Translations under genes and position numbers: made by a program
Origin: the human T2T-CHM13v2.0 reference genome, Homo sapiens
Assembly (NCBI RefSeq): GCF_009914755.1
Contig: NC_060926.1
Strand: one strand, 5' to 3'
DNA length: 64,000 nucleotides
Part shown: in pieces, positions 1 through 25,946 of the stretch
Numbering within the stretch: position 1 is the first letter of the stretch
Layout of the letters: each line of letters begins with the position of its first letter
Notes under the pieces: model-generated
Seen by the model: the letters and a program-made list of their open reading frames with translations, nothing else
Databases searched by the model: none
What the model was told of the DNA's origin: nothing

Positions 1-1630
<1,630 letters not shown>

Positions 1631-1788
1631 TGATCTCAAATTTGCAGATCAATTTTGAGAAAATTGATCTCAAAAAGAAGATCAATTTTCATTAACCAAA
1701 TGTGGCAGTTTTCTAGCTTTCTAGCGTTCAGGTACGGCCTTAGTTGCATAATTTTTCATAACTTGGGGGAAGCAGCTTCCACTCTGTA

Positions 1789-2408
<620 letters not shown>

Positions 2409-2869
2409 GCTATAAAATTACTGAAGTATTTTAGTGAATACTACTTTAGACATGTTTAATCCATGTTACCTGATACTGTACTGGGCATTTACATTCAGTT
2501 TTCTGTGCCATTTCAAAAGCTAACTTTAACATATGAAGCACATGACCACAAACATGGCTGTCTTCCTCATTAGAAGTAATAACTAAGTATTTCAAAAGTG
2601 TGATACTAGGATAGAGAAACCAGCACTTTTTTGTCAAGTTTTCAGTGGAGACTAATGTCAGGGGTTACTGGATGTGGTTTTCTGCCTTTCATCAGCACAC
2701 AAAGCAAAAGGGTTTTCCTACCCAGGTGATTTTAAAGTGCAACAAAATTTGGGAACAACTGGATTAAGTAATTTGGACAGTCTACTTCTGAAACAGCTTC
2801 CTTACAAAAGCAAGTTCTTCAGCTATTTTATTTCAGGACTCCTTTTTTTTTTTTTTTTTTTTTTTTTGA

Positions 2870-3067
<198 letters not shown>

Positions 3068-4185
3068 TGAATTGCTGACCTCAAATGACCCTCCTGCCTC
3101 GGTCTCCCAAAATGCTGGGATTACAAGAGTGAGCCACCGCACCTGGCCAGCACTTCCTTATTCTTTTAAACACTGAAGATTCCCCAAAATTTTTGTTTAC
3201 TGTGGTATTGGATACTGGCCATATTAGAAATGAAAAAAAAAAAGTTTTTAAAATATTAATTCATTTTTAAATAACGATAAACTCATTACCTTTCCTTTCC
3301 CAAAAGCAATTAGTGAGAAAAGTAGCATTGTTTTTCACATTTCTGCTTATCTTTTTAGTATCTAGCTTAATTGAAAACAGCTGCTTTCTCATGTTTGCTT
3401 CTGCATTCAGTCTGCTGCAATATGTTATTTAAGTATATGAAAAATAGCCGGGCATATATGAAATATATTATGAAAAAAAATCTGGATTCACACATTTATA
3501 CATCTAGAAAAGAGTATTTTCACAGCCTTCTAAGACAACTGTAGATATTCTATGATACTCTTTCCCAAAAACAAGCACTAATTTATGAAATACTAACTGC
3601 AATGTGTCATCTGAAATCATATTTTTTATTCTTTTTTTGTTTTTCGAGACAGGGTCTCACTCTGTCACCCAGGCTGGAGTGCAGTGGTGCAATCACGGCA
3701 CCCTGCAGCTTGACCATGTAGGCTCAGGTCATCTTCCACCTCAGCCTCCAGAGTAGCGGGGACTACAGGTACGTGACACCTCACCTGGCCAATTTTTATA
3801 TTTTGTAGAGATGGGGTTTCACCATGTTGCCCCAGCTGGTCTTGAACTCCTGGGCTCAATCTATCTACTCACCTTGACCTCCCAAAGTACAGAGACTACA
3901 CGTGTGAGCCACTGTGCATAGCCTTGAAATTGTATCAACAAGCTTTTTATACTCTGTTACATTAAAATCCATTGATTTGTCCTGCAATTTGAATGGAACT
4001 TTTACTCATGCATGATTTTTATAACATCATGCACTGACCATCTGGAAAATACTGGTTCCAGAGAATTACGTATATCATCCAATTTTTATCACATTCCTTA
4101 TAAAATATAACTTTCCTTAAAATAACCATTGTTCTCATCTTAAAATGTATTAATTATTGGGAACCTCAATTTCACAATGGCAGAT

Positions 4186-4284
4186 ACAAGCTTTCCAAAC
4201 TTCTTATCTTGAAAGCTCAGATTTTTATCACTGACAACAAGCTTTCCAAACTTACCTTGAAAGCTCAGATTTTTATCACTGGCA
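4186..4284. repeat. ~50-bp tandem duplication
   Basis: ACAAGCTTTCCAAACTT(...)CTTGAAAGCTCAGATTTTTATCACTG(A/G)CA occurs twice (4186-4236, 4237-4284). Confidence 0.9.
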
Positions 4285-6088
4285 ACAAATACTGTTTTCC
4301 TTGAATCAACAGGTTGCCTCCATTCATTTTCAAAAAAAATATTTGTCGTGTACCCAGGTATGAATGCCATAGTTTGTCATTCTTTTAATTTTTTTTCTAT
4401 GGTCTTTGTTATTTAGAGTAGTTTTAGGTTCACAGCAAAATTGAACAGAAAGTACAAAGTTCCCATACATTCTCTCTCAACACACACAGCCCTCCCCACC
4501 CCTAACATCCCACATCAGTAGGGAACATTTGTTAGAATCAATGAACCAACACTGATGCATCATTATCACCCAAAGTCCATAGTACACATACGTATGTATT
4601 AGCATACATAGGTTCACTCTTGATGTGCTTTCTCTTGAGTTGTGACAAATGTCTAATGACATGTATCCACACAGAATAGTTTCTGCTGCCCTAAAAATCC
4701 TCTGCTCTATCTATTCATCCTTCCCTCCCCCAAGCTCCTGGCTATTTACTCATCTTTTTACTGTCTCCACAGTTTTGCCCTTTCCAGAATGTCATACAGT
4801 TGGAATCATACAGTGTGGAGCATTTTGAGACTGGCTTCTTTTACTTAGCAATATGCATTTAAGGTTCCTGCATGTCTTTTCAGGTCTTGATAGCTTTTTT
4901 TTGTTTTTACTACTATTACTTTTCGTTACTCTATGGATGTACCAAACTTTGTTTACCCACTCCCCTACTGAAAGACATCTGGGTTGCCTCCAAGTTTTGG
5001 CAATTATGAACAAAACTACTATAAACATTTGTGTGCACGTTTTTGGGTAGATGTTATTTTCAACTCATGTGACTCAAGGAGCCAGGTTGCTAGATCACAT
5101 GATAAGGGTATGCTTGGTTTTGTAAGAAACTGCCTAACTATATTCTAAAGTAGGTGTACCATTCTGCATTCCAACTGGCAAAGTGAGAGTTCTTGCTGCT
5201 CCGTATCGTTGACAGCATTTGGTGTGGCAGCTGTTTTGAATTTTTGCCATTCTAAAAGGTCTGTAGTATTATCTCATTTATTTTATTCTATTTTTTGAGA
5301 GAGTCTCCCTCTGTCACCTAGCCTGAAGTGCAGTAGCACAATCACAGCTCACTGCAGCTTAAACCTCCTAGGCTCAAACAATCCTCTCACCTCAGCCTCC
5401 TGAGTAGCTAAGCCCACAGGCATGTGCCACCATGAGTGGTTAAACTGTTCTTTTTTTTGTAGAGACAGGGTCTCACTGTGTTGTCCAGGCTAGTCTGGAA
5501 CTCCTAGGCTCAAGCGATCCTCCTGCTTTGGCTTTCCAAAGTGCTGTGATGACAGGCATGAGCCACAGTGCCCAGCCGATACTGTTTTTCTCTTATTTCC
5601 ATATCCAGATGTTCACTATTACAATATAGAAATACAATATTTTGGCAGGACACGGTGGCTCACGCCTGTATTCTCAACACTTTGGGAGGCTGAGGCAGAC
5701 GGATCACTTGAGGCCAGGAGTTCAAGACCAGCTCAGTCAACATGGCAAAACTTTGTCTCTACTAAAAATACAAACATTAGCTGGGCATGGTGGTGCACAC
5801 CTGTGATCCCAGCTACACAGGAGGCTACAGCATGAGAATTGCTTGAACCTGGGAAGTTGGAGATTTCAGTGAGCCAAGATTGCGTCACTGCACTCCAGCC
5901 TGGGCAAAACAGCAAGACTCTGTCTCAAAATATATATATGTATTTTTTTTAAATATGCTGTCCATATATCCTATAACCTTGATAAACTCAATTTATTCTA
6001 GAAGCTTTCTTGTAGATTCCTTGGGATTTTCTAAATAGACATATATCATCTGCAAAGAGGTACAATTTTATTTCTTCCTTTCTGTTCT

Positions 6089-8907
6089 TTTTTTTTTTTT
6101 TTTTTTAATTTATTTTTTTATTGATAATTCTTGGGTGTTTCTCACAGAGGGGGATTTGGCAGGGTCATGGGACAATAGTGGAGGGAAGGTCAGCAGATAA
6201 ACAAGTGAACAAAGGTCTCTGGTTTTCCTAGGCAGAGGACCCTGCGGCCTTCCGCAGTGTTTGTGTCCCTGATTACTTGAGATTAGGGATTGGTGATGAC
6301 TCTTAACGAGCATGCTGCCTTCAAGCATCTGTTTAACAAAGCACATCTTGCACCGCCCTTAATCCATTTAACCCTGAGTGGACACAGCACATGTTTCAGA
6401 GAGCACAGGGTTGGGGGTAAGGTCACAGATCAACAGGATCCCAAGGCAGAGGAATTTTTCTTAGTGCAGAACAAAATGAAAAGTCTCCCATGTCTACTTC
6501 TTTCTACACAGACACGGCAACCATCCGATTTCTCAATCTTTTCCCCACCTTTCCTGCCTTTCTATTCCACAAAGCCGCCACTGTCATCCTGGCCCGTTCT
6601 CAATGAGCTGTTGGGCACACCTCCCAGACGGGGTGGTGGCCGGGCAGAGGGGCTCCTCACTTCCCAGTAGGGGTGGCCGGGCAGAGGCGCCCCTCACCTC
6701 CCGGACGGGGCAGCTGGCCGGGCGGGGGGCTGACCCCCCCCACCTCCCTCCCGGACGGGGCGGCTGGCCGGTCGGGGGGCTGACACCCCCACCTCCCTCC
6801 CGGACGGGGCGGCTGGCCGGGCAGAGGGGCTCCTCACTTCCCAGTAGGGGCGGCCGGGCAGAGGCGCCCCTCACCTCCCGGACGGGGCGGCTGGCCGGGC
6901 GGAGGGCTGACCCCCCCACCTCCCTCCCGGACGGGGCGGCTGGCCGGGCGGGGGGCTGACACCCCCACCTCCCTCCCGGACGGGGCGGCTGGCCGGGCAG
7001 AGGGGCTCCTCACTTCCCAGTAGGGGCGGCCGGGCAGAGGCGCCCCTCACCTCCCGGACGGGGCGGCTGGCCGGGCGGGGGGGCTGACCCCCCCCCACCT
7101 CCCTCCCGGACGGGGCGGCTGGCCGGGCGGGGGGCTGACACCCCCACCTCCCTCCCGGACGGGGCGGCTGGCCGGGCAGAGGGGCTCCTCACTTCCCAGT
7201 AGGGGCGGCCGGGCAGAGGCGCCCCTCACCTCCCGGACGGGTTGGCTGGCCGGGCGGGGGGGCTGACACCCCCCACCTCCCTCCCGGACGGGGCGGCTGG
7301 CCGGGCGGGGGGCCGACACCCCCACCTCCCTCCCGGACGGGGCGGCTGGCCGGGCTGAGGGGCTCCTCACTTCCCAGTAGGGGCGGCCGGGCAGAGGCGC
7401 CCCTCACCTCCCAGACGGGGCGGCTGGCCGGGCGGAGGGCTGACCCCCCCACCTCCCTCCCGGACAGGGCGGCTGGCCAGGCAGGGGGCTGACCCCCCCC
7501 ACCTCCCTCCCGGACAGGGCGGCCGGCCGGGCGGGGGGCTGACCCCCCCACCTCCCTCCCGGACGGGGCGGCTGGCCGGGCAGAGGGGCTCCTCACTTCC
7601 CAGTAGGGGCGGCCGGGCAGAGGCGCTCCTCACCTCCCGGACGGGGCGGCTGGCCGGGCGGAGGGCTGACCCCCCCCACCTCCCTCCCGGACGGGGCGGC
7701 TGGCCGGGCGGGGGGCTGACACCCCCACCTCCCTCCCGGACGGGGCGGCTGGCCGGGTGGGGGGGCTGACCCCCCCATCTCCCTCCCGGACGGGGTGGCT
7801 GGCCGGGCTGAGGGGCTCCTCACTTCCCAGTAGGGGCGGCCGGGCAGAGGCACCCCTCACCTCCCGGACGGGGCGGCTGGCCGGGCGGGGGGCTGACCCC
7901 CCCACCTCCCTCCCGGACGGCACGGCTGGCCAGGTGGGGGGCTGACCCCCCCACCTCCCTCCCGGATGGCACGGCTGGCCGGTCGGGGGGGCTGACCCCC
8001 CACCTCCCTCCCAGATGGGGCGGCTGGCCGGGCGGGGGGTTGACCCCCCCCCACCTCCCTCCCGGACGGGGTGGCTGCCGGGCGGAGATGCTCCTCACTT
8101 CCCAGATGGGGTGGCTGCCGGGCGGAGAGGCTCCTCACTTCTCAGACGGGGCAGCTGCCGGGCGGAGGGGCTCCTCACTTCTCAGACGGGGTGGTTGCCA
8201 GGCAGAGGGTCTCCTCACTTCTCAGACGGGGCGGCCGGGCAGAGACGCTCCTCACCTCCCAGACGGGGTCTCGGCCGGGCAGAGGCACTCCTCACATCCC
8301 AGATGGGGCGGCGGGGCAGAGGCGCTCCCCACATCTCAGACGATGGGCGGCCGGGCAGAGACGCTCCTCACTTCCTAGATGTGATGGCGGCTGGGAAGAG
8401 GCGCTCCTCACTTCCTAGATGGGATGGCGGCCGGGCGGAGACGCTCCTCACTTTCCAGACTGGGCAGCCAGGCAGAGGGGCTCCTCACATCCCAGACGAT
8501 GGGCGGCCAGGCAGAGACGCTCCTCACTTCCCAGACGGGGTGGCGGCCGGGCAGAGGCTGCAATCTCGGCACTTTGGGAGGCCAAGGCAGGCGGCTGGGA
8601 GGTGTAGGTTGTAGTGAGCCGAGATCACGCCACTGCACTCCAGCCTGGGCACCATTGAGCACTGAGTGAACGAGACTCCGTCTGCAATCCCGGCACCTCG
8701 GGAGGCTGAGGTTGGCGGGATCACTCGCGGTTAGGGGCTGGAGACCGGCCCGGCCAACACAGCGAAACCCCGTCTCCACCAAAACCAGTCAGGCGTGGCG
8801 GCGCGTGCCTGCAATGGCAGGCACTCGGCAGGCTGAGGCAGGAGAATCAGGCAGGGAGGTTGCAGTGAGCCGAGATGGCAGCAGTACAGTCCAGCTTCGG
8901 CTCCGCA
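6089..8907 (-). mobile_element. SVA retrotransposon, SVA_F-like, 5'-truncated (no CCCTCT hexamer)
   Basis: Poly(T) at 6089-6106, SINE-R ~6107-6615 ending (minus) AATTATCAATAAAAAAATAAATT, GC-rich VNTR ~6616-8555 and Alu-like domain ~8556-8907. Perfect 16-bp TSD TCTTCCTTTCTGTTCT at 6073-6088 and 8908-8923, with a TT/AGAA L1-EN site. Confidence 0.96.
6616..8555 (-). repeat. SVA VNTR (GC-rich ~37-50 bp units, G-quadruplex-prone)
   Basis: Tandem units such as CCCACCTCCCTCCCGGACGGGGCGGCTGGCCGGGCGGGGGGCTGA and CCTCACTTCCCAGTAGGGGCGGCCGGGCAGAGGCG. Confidence 0.95.
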
Positions 8908-9009
8908 TCTTCCTTTCTGTTCTAAAAGCCTTTTCATTTCTTTTTCTTGCCTTATTGTACTGTTCCAAACTTTAGGGAGGAGGCATTTCTCCTTTACTAT
9001 TAAGTATGA

Positions 9010-9467
<458 letters not shown>

Positions 9468-10368
9468 TAATAGACTAAATTATCCTGACTGATTTTCAAA
9501 TTTTGAACCAGCCTTGTATTCCCAGAATAAACCTCATTGATCACAATGTATTATCCTTTTTATACTATATATTGCTGGATTTGAGTTACTAATATTTTGT
9601 TGTGACTTCTGAATCTATATTCATGAGGGATACTGGTGTGGTTTTCTTTTCTTGTAATATCTGTATCTGGTTTTATATCAAGTCCCATAAAATGATTTGA
9701 GAGGTATGCCTTCTAATATTTCCTGGATGAGAGTATGTAGAATTGATATTATTCTTAAATATTTGGTAGAAGTGGCCAGCGAAACCATCTCAACCTCAAC
9801 TTTCCTTTGGAAGATTTTTAACTATAAATTCAATTCATTTAACTATGAATTCAATTTTATTTTATTTTTGAAACCAGGTCTCACTCCATTGCCCAGGCTA
9901 CAGCGCATGGCCAGAGGACCACAGTTCACTGCAGCCTCGAACTCCTGGGCTCAAGCGATCCTCCTGTCTCAGCCTCCCAAGTAGCTGGGACAATAAACAC
10001 ATGACCCACACCCAGCTTGAATTCGATTTCTTTAATAGATATAGGACTATTCAGGTTACATATTTTTTCTTGAGTGAGTTTTAGTTTGTGTCTTTGAAGG
10101 AGTTGATCAATTTCTCTTAAGTCATCAAATTTAGGGGCATGGAATTGTTCACGATATTCCCTTATCATCATTTTAATGTCTGTAAGATCTGTAGTAATAT
10201 TCCCCCTCTTTCATTCCTGATATTGTTCACTTGGGCCCCCTCCTTAACCTCTCCCCATCTCTCTCAACAGTCTGTCATTCTTTCAAGTCAAAATTAGGCT
10301 CCATGGAAAAAGTAAATAGTACAATTATGTAAGTGCTTTCTCTCAAGAAAATTGCCCTACTTCTATAA

Positions 10369-10935
<567 letters not shown>

Positions 10936-11173
10936 TGTATTAGAAATCATATGCTCAAGAGGTGACATTTAATAAAATTATATTTACCACTTCATCAGTG
11001 ACATTCTTAAGTGAAATTGTCTTTTTTCTTTTCAACTACCAGCATGAGGTAAAAGTAACATACCTACTACAGTTTGGTAGCACTGCCTTGAATGATGCTA
11101 AGGAGCTAGTAGTTTTATCCATTACTGCTTTTATAACATAACTGCAAGCATCAACAGTAAAAAGGCCTTATAA

Positions 11174-15800
<4,627 letters not shown>

Positions 15801-17311
15801 AATCATTTCTTGGGCTCTTTCCCAGCATACATACACATACTCTCTCTCTCTCTCATTTCCTCTTTCCTGTTTCAATTTTAGTTTTCTTCATTACATGCTT
15901 TTTTATTCCATTTTATTAACCAGTTTTATTCCCACATTTTATGTACACTATCTTCATGTCCTTTGTATACTGCCTTCAGGGAAAACAATCTACATTAATG
16001 TCTTTGTATTTCGGTCTCCTAAATGACTAGGTTCAGGGGAAAAGTTTCAGTACACATTCTGGTTGTTTGAATTTTGAATTAAAAAGCATACTTCTTATAT
16101 CCTTGGAGTTAACAACAAAAAATAATTAACCGGAAAAACTGTCTGTTTCCCCAAGGTCAAACCATAATCAATCCTCATTAGCCCCAGATTCTGCAATTGC
16201 GAATTTACCTACTTGCTAAAATTGACCTGTAGCCCCAAAATCAATACTCACAGTGCACCACCAGTCATTCCACCACACAAAGCACATGAATGTCCATGAA
16301 TGATCACCATGGCAGGGAAAATTTTCCTTGCAAATCACAAAATAATTAATGTAACCAGTTGATTCCTGATGGATGATTTTCCTATTTTATACCTTTTAGC
16401 TACAAAATATAACTGATAAATGTTAGCTCTCTCTCAAAGACATTAAACCAGGCCAGGCGCAGTGGCTCGTGTCTGTAATCCCAGAACTTTGGGAGGCTGA
16501 GGTAGGCAGATCATGAGGTCAGAAGTTCGATACCAGCCTGGCCAACATGGTGAAACCCCGTCTCTACTAAAAATACAAAAATTAGCTGGGCGTGGTGGCG
16601 CACACCTGTAATCCCAGCTACTTAGGAGGCTGAGGCAGGAGAATCACTTGAACCCAGGAGGCAGAGGTTGCAGTCAGCCAAGATCACACCACTGCACTCC
16701 ACCCTGGGTGACAGAACAAGACTACGTCACACACAAAAAAAGATATTAAGCCAAAAAACCCCTCCAAGCTATATTATGAAATGTTTTAGTGGCTTTTTTT
16801 GTAAAAGTGGGAACACTAAACTGGTATTCAGGTGACCTGAATTCTGCCACTCTGTAATTATGAACAAATTTAATCTCTCCAGTGTTGTTTATCTTCAAAT
16901 TAAAGGGTCTAGATTTGATGATCTCTAGAGGCAAAATAATTTCATAATTTCAAGATCACAAGCCAACAGGCCAGGCACGGTGGTTCAAGCCTGTAATCCC
17001 AACACTTCGGGAGGCTGAGGAAGGTGGATCACCCGAGCTCAGAAGTTCGAGACCAGTCTGGGCAACATGGCAAAACCCTGTCTCTACCAAAAACACAAAA
17101 ACTTAGCCGGGCATGGTGGTACACAACTGTGGGTCCCAGCTACTCAGGGGGCTGAAGCAGGAGGACTGCTTGAGCCCAGGAAGTCGAGGTTCCAGTAAGC
17201 CAAGATGACACCACTGCACTTCAACCTGGTGACAGAGTGAGACCCCATCTCAAAAGATTATGTAGAAAGCAGGTAGGAAATTTCCAAAATTCCTTTCTTA
17301 AACCTTGCTTA

Positions 17312-17671
<360 letters not shown>

Positions 17672-18144
17672 TCATTCCCAAAGGAACAATCCTAAAGAGC
17701 TGGTTGGCCCTGAATATTTCAAATCTGTCAATAGCAAGATAAAATGATAAGCTTAAGCTTTTATGAGCCTCTTGATTTCAGAACTATGGTTCTCAGGTTC
17801 TAGTTCTACTATCTACACAGACCTAAAAGCCTAACCAGTTAACTAGTTCCTCAGTATATCTGGAATTTATGATGTCTTTTAATTACCTTATGACACATAC
17901 CATCTTAACAGTTTGATATTTCCCTCCAAACAAGTCAGTTTAGATTTCAAAAAAAACAGTGTTATTAGAGATACGATGAACTGAAAGTTAAACAAATATC
18001 TAAAAAAGTCGTGAAAAAAAATTCACCAATGAAACCTGTCCTTAATTTTTACTTGAACCTCCCTCTACTAAGTAAAATTTAAGTTATTGAAAACTGCTTT
18101 TATTAGACCAAAACTAAAGCTTATAGCTTTCTTTTTTTTTTTTT

Positions 18145-18237
18145 AAGCCAGTCAAATTTAGCAGTTGGGGGTTGTATATCAACTTCAGTGACACTAATGT
18201 TAATGAGTTCTGATAACCCACTACCATCGGACCAGCC
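18145..18237 (-). pseudogene. RNY4P7: Y4 RNA (RNY4) retropseudogene
   Basis: The minus strand reads GGCTGGTCCGATGGTAGTGGGTTATCAGAACTCATTAAC...AAATTTGACTGGCTT, about 4 substitutions from Y4 as recalled. A-tail (T run 18132-18144) and 17-bp TSD AAAGCTTATAGCTTTCT (18116-18132 / 18239-18255). The pseudogene number is from recall. Confidence 0.93.
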
Positions 18238-18384
18238 AAAAGCTTATAGCTTTCTAACCACAAGGTCAAACTCACTATAGCTGCTTTCTAATAAAAAAGT
18301 CAAACTCATATTCACATTTATACCAATGGAGGAGAATCTACATTCTCAAATGAGAAAAATCAGTTGCTTAACCAATTGCCAACT

Positions 18385-20840
<2,456 letters not shown>

Positions 20841-20919
20841 GAGCCAGGTGCAGTGGTTCATGCCTATCTCAGGACTTTGTGGAGCGGAGGCATGTGCATC
20901 ACTTGAGGTTAGGAGTTCA

Positions 20920-21196
<277 letters not shown>

Positions 21197-21932
21197 TCAC
21201 TTGAGGTCAGGAATTCCAGACCACCCTGGCCAACATGGTAAAACCCCGTCTCTACTAAAAATACAAAAATTAGCCAGGTGTGGTGGCATGCACCTGTAGT
21301 CCCAGCTACTCAGGAGGCTGAGGCAGGAGAATCACTTGAACCCAGGAGTGAGCTGAGATCACGCCACTGCACTCCAGCCTGGAGGAGAGAGCAAGACTCC
21401 GACTCAAAAAAAAAAAATTAAGACAGTAAAATTTTGCTATGCATTTATCACAATTTATAAAAAAAAAAATCAAGTGTCACAAGCATATACAGCATGCCAA
21501 CTTTCTTCTAAGAATGTGAAAATAAGAATATACACAGTAAAAACTGGAATGAACTCCAGAGCTCAGAGACAGAAGCAAGACTTAACTACTTTTTCTTCAG
21601 CCTCCGTCTCCTGGGTGCAAGCAATTCTCCTGCCTCATCCTTCAGAGTAGCTGGGATTACAGGCATGTGCCACCACGCCTGGCTAATTTTTGTATTTTTA
21701 GTAGAGATGGGGTTTCACCATGTTGGCCAGGCTGGTCTCAAACTCCTGACCCCAGGTGATCTGCCCCCCTCGGCCTCCCAAAGTGCTGGGATTACAGATG
21801 TGAGCCACCACGCCCAGCCAGTACTTTTTCAATATAGTATTTAATTTTATTCCTTCTTGGTCACAGGTGCTTAAAAATTTTTTTTCAGTAGATTTTAAAC
21901 CATGTAAATAACGTATTAAAAAAACTAAATTA

Positions 21933-22244
<312 letters not shown>

Positions 22245-24298
22245 TTAAGAGGGAGAAAAAGCAAACCCTAATAATGAATACAAACAAAAACTGTGAAATT
22301 TGATAATCAAAATAAACAAATTCAACAAACAAGCTGAAAAATGTTATTTCAAGTAACTTTTGAAGAAAGTTCATCTTTAATGCAGTATACGCTAAGAAAA
22401 AAAAGGACTGGAAAAAAAACTGCACTTGGTAGGGTTATTGTTAGTAAAATACTGGCATTATAAATCTGACTCTGTTTTCTGTGTAGAAAATGCCACTAAT
22501 GTTAACTTTGATTAGGAATTTAAAATACCAATGTAGGCCAGGCACAGTGGCTCACGTCTGTAATCCCAACACTTTGAGAGGCCAAAGTGAGCGGATCACT
22601 TAAGGCCAGGGGTTCGAGACCAGCCTGGCCAATATGGTAAAACCCCATCTCTACTAAAAATACAAAAATTAGCCAGACGCCTGTAATCCTAGCTGCTCGG
22701 GAGGCTGAGGCACAAGAATCGCTTCAACCCAGGAGGCAGAGGTTGCAATGAGCCAAGATTGCACAACTGCACTCCAGCCTAGGTGACAGAGGGAGACTGT
22801 CTCAAAAAATAAATAAAATAAAATACCAATGTAAGCTGATGATTTTTAATATCATGTTTTCTAGCTCTGTCCACTGAAAAGGGCATACAAGCAAATGCAT
22901 ACACCACCAAGCATCCAAATCCTGGTTTATAAATAATATTTTCTACCAAAAGAACTGGGACTCCTTGGAGAAATGGGAAGATACAAAAGGAAAGGAAAAG
23001 ACAAGAAGGACTTGGGTTATTGTTTTGCCAAAAAAGCAAAGGAGCCCTCAAATTAACTGGGGTTAGTGCCAGGTGCTTGGGAGACTGAGGTAGGAGAATC
23101 ACTTGAGCCCAGGAGTTCCAGGCTGCAGGCAGCTATGATCTTGCCACTGCACTCTAGCCTGGGCAACGAAGTGAGACCCAGTCTCAAAAAAAAAAAAAAA
23201 AAAAAAGACCAAAAGCAATAAGGGCCAAATACCTGCTCCTGCTTAAAGACTAAAGAGATACGAAATATCTAGATTGGGACCGGGTGCGGTGGCTCACACC
23301 CGTAATCCCAGCACTTTGGGAGGCCGAGGAGGGTGGATCACAAGGTCAGGAGATCGAGACCATCCTGGCTAACACGGTGAAACCCTGTCTCTACTAAAAA
23401 TACAAAAAATTAGCCAGGCATGGTGGCGGGCGCCTGTAGTCCCAGCTACTCGGGAGGTTGAGGCAGGAGAATGGCGTGAACCCGGGAGGCGGAGCTTGCA
23501 GTGAGCCAAGATCATCCCAGCCTGGGAGACAGAGCGAGACTCTGTCTCAAAAAATAAATAAAAAAAGAAAAGAAATATCTAGATTGGATACTGGATTAGA
23601 GAAAGAAAAATTCTGTGAGATGTTACTGAGACAACTAGAGAAATTTGAGTATGAATTTTCAATACTATATAAATGTTCAATGTCCAGAATTAGTTAATAT
23701 TGCGGGTACTTAACTTGTTCTTGAGCAGAGAAGTGCGGAGAAGTGCATATCTGTGAATAACACTAAATGGCTCCGAAAATAATACATGAGGGGCTGGGAG
23801 GCAGGAAGGGAGGAATAAAGCAAATGTGACAAAATGTTAAAAATGGGTGAATCAGAATAAAAAGTACATAGGAGTTCTTTGAACTATTCTTCCAACTCTT
23901 CTGTTAGTTCATATTTATTTCAAAATTTAAACATTTAAACACGAAAGGGGGAAAGCAAAAGCTCTTTATTACAGAAAACAGTTAATGAATATAAACAAAT
24001 AACAAAATTAGAAAACCCCCAATAAATGACTCAGCTAATAATCATCAATCATTAAGTGAAAAATATTTTGAGAAGTGAGGTACTCACATGATGCTAAAGT
24101 TATCACCCCACAGATCAAGTATAACTGCAAAGGGAAAAATATACCTCTTTGATGAAGAAATCCAATGGACACATTAACCAGGTAAATTTGGCATTGTAAA
24201 TAACGCAAGCTAACATCTGGCAGTCCCTACCACCTTATTGAAGGCTCATAGCTAGAAGTATATCCTCACAACATAAATCACGTATCATCACCTGTGAA

Positions 24299-24335
<37 letters not shown>

Positions 24336-24337
24336 GA

Positions 24338-24501
<164 letters not shown>

Positions 24502-24806
24502 TAGAGACAGGGTTTTGCCAAATTGTCCAGGCTGGTCTTGAACTCCTGGGCTCTAGCAATCCATCTGCCTCAGCCTCTCAAAGTGCTGGGATTACAGACA
24601 TGAGCCAGCGCACCTGGCCTCTATGAAGTATTTTTGCCAAAAATATTTGACCCAAATTTAGTCAAACCTCTCTAGATCTAACTTCTAGTTTACAGGAAAT
24701 AAAAGGAATAGAGAAACAACAGGAATTGAGAAACAAAATACATGACATTTTAAGCATACAATAAGAAATTCCAAAATATGGAACGTTCTTTAAAAAGATG
24801 AGGCTA

Positions 24807-25946
<1,140 letters not shown>

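Noticed and set aside
6110-8975. Overlapping Gly/Pro/Arg-rich ORFs and a regularly spaced array that looks CRISPR-like
   Set aside because: This is the SVA VNTR and SINE-R. GC-rich repeats lack stop codons, the 'spacers' are themselves repeats, and the DNA is primate with no cas genes.
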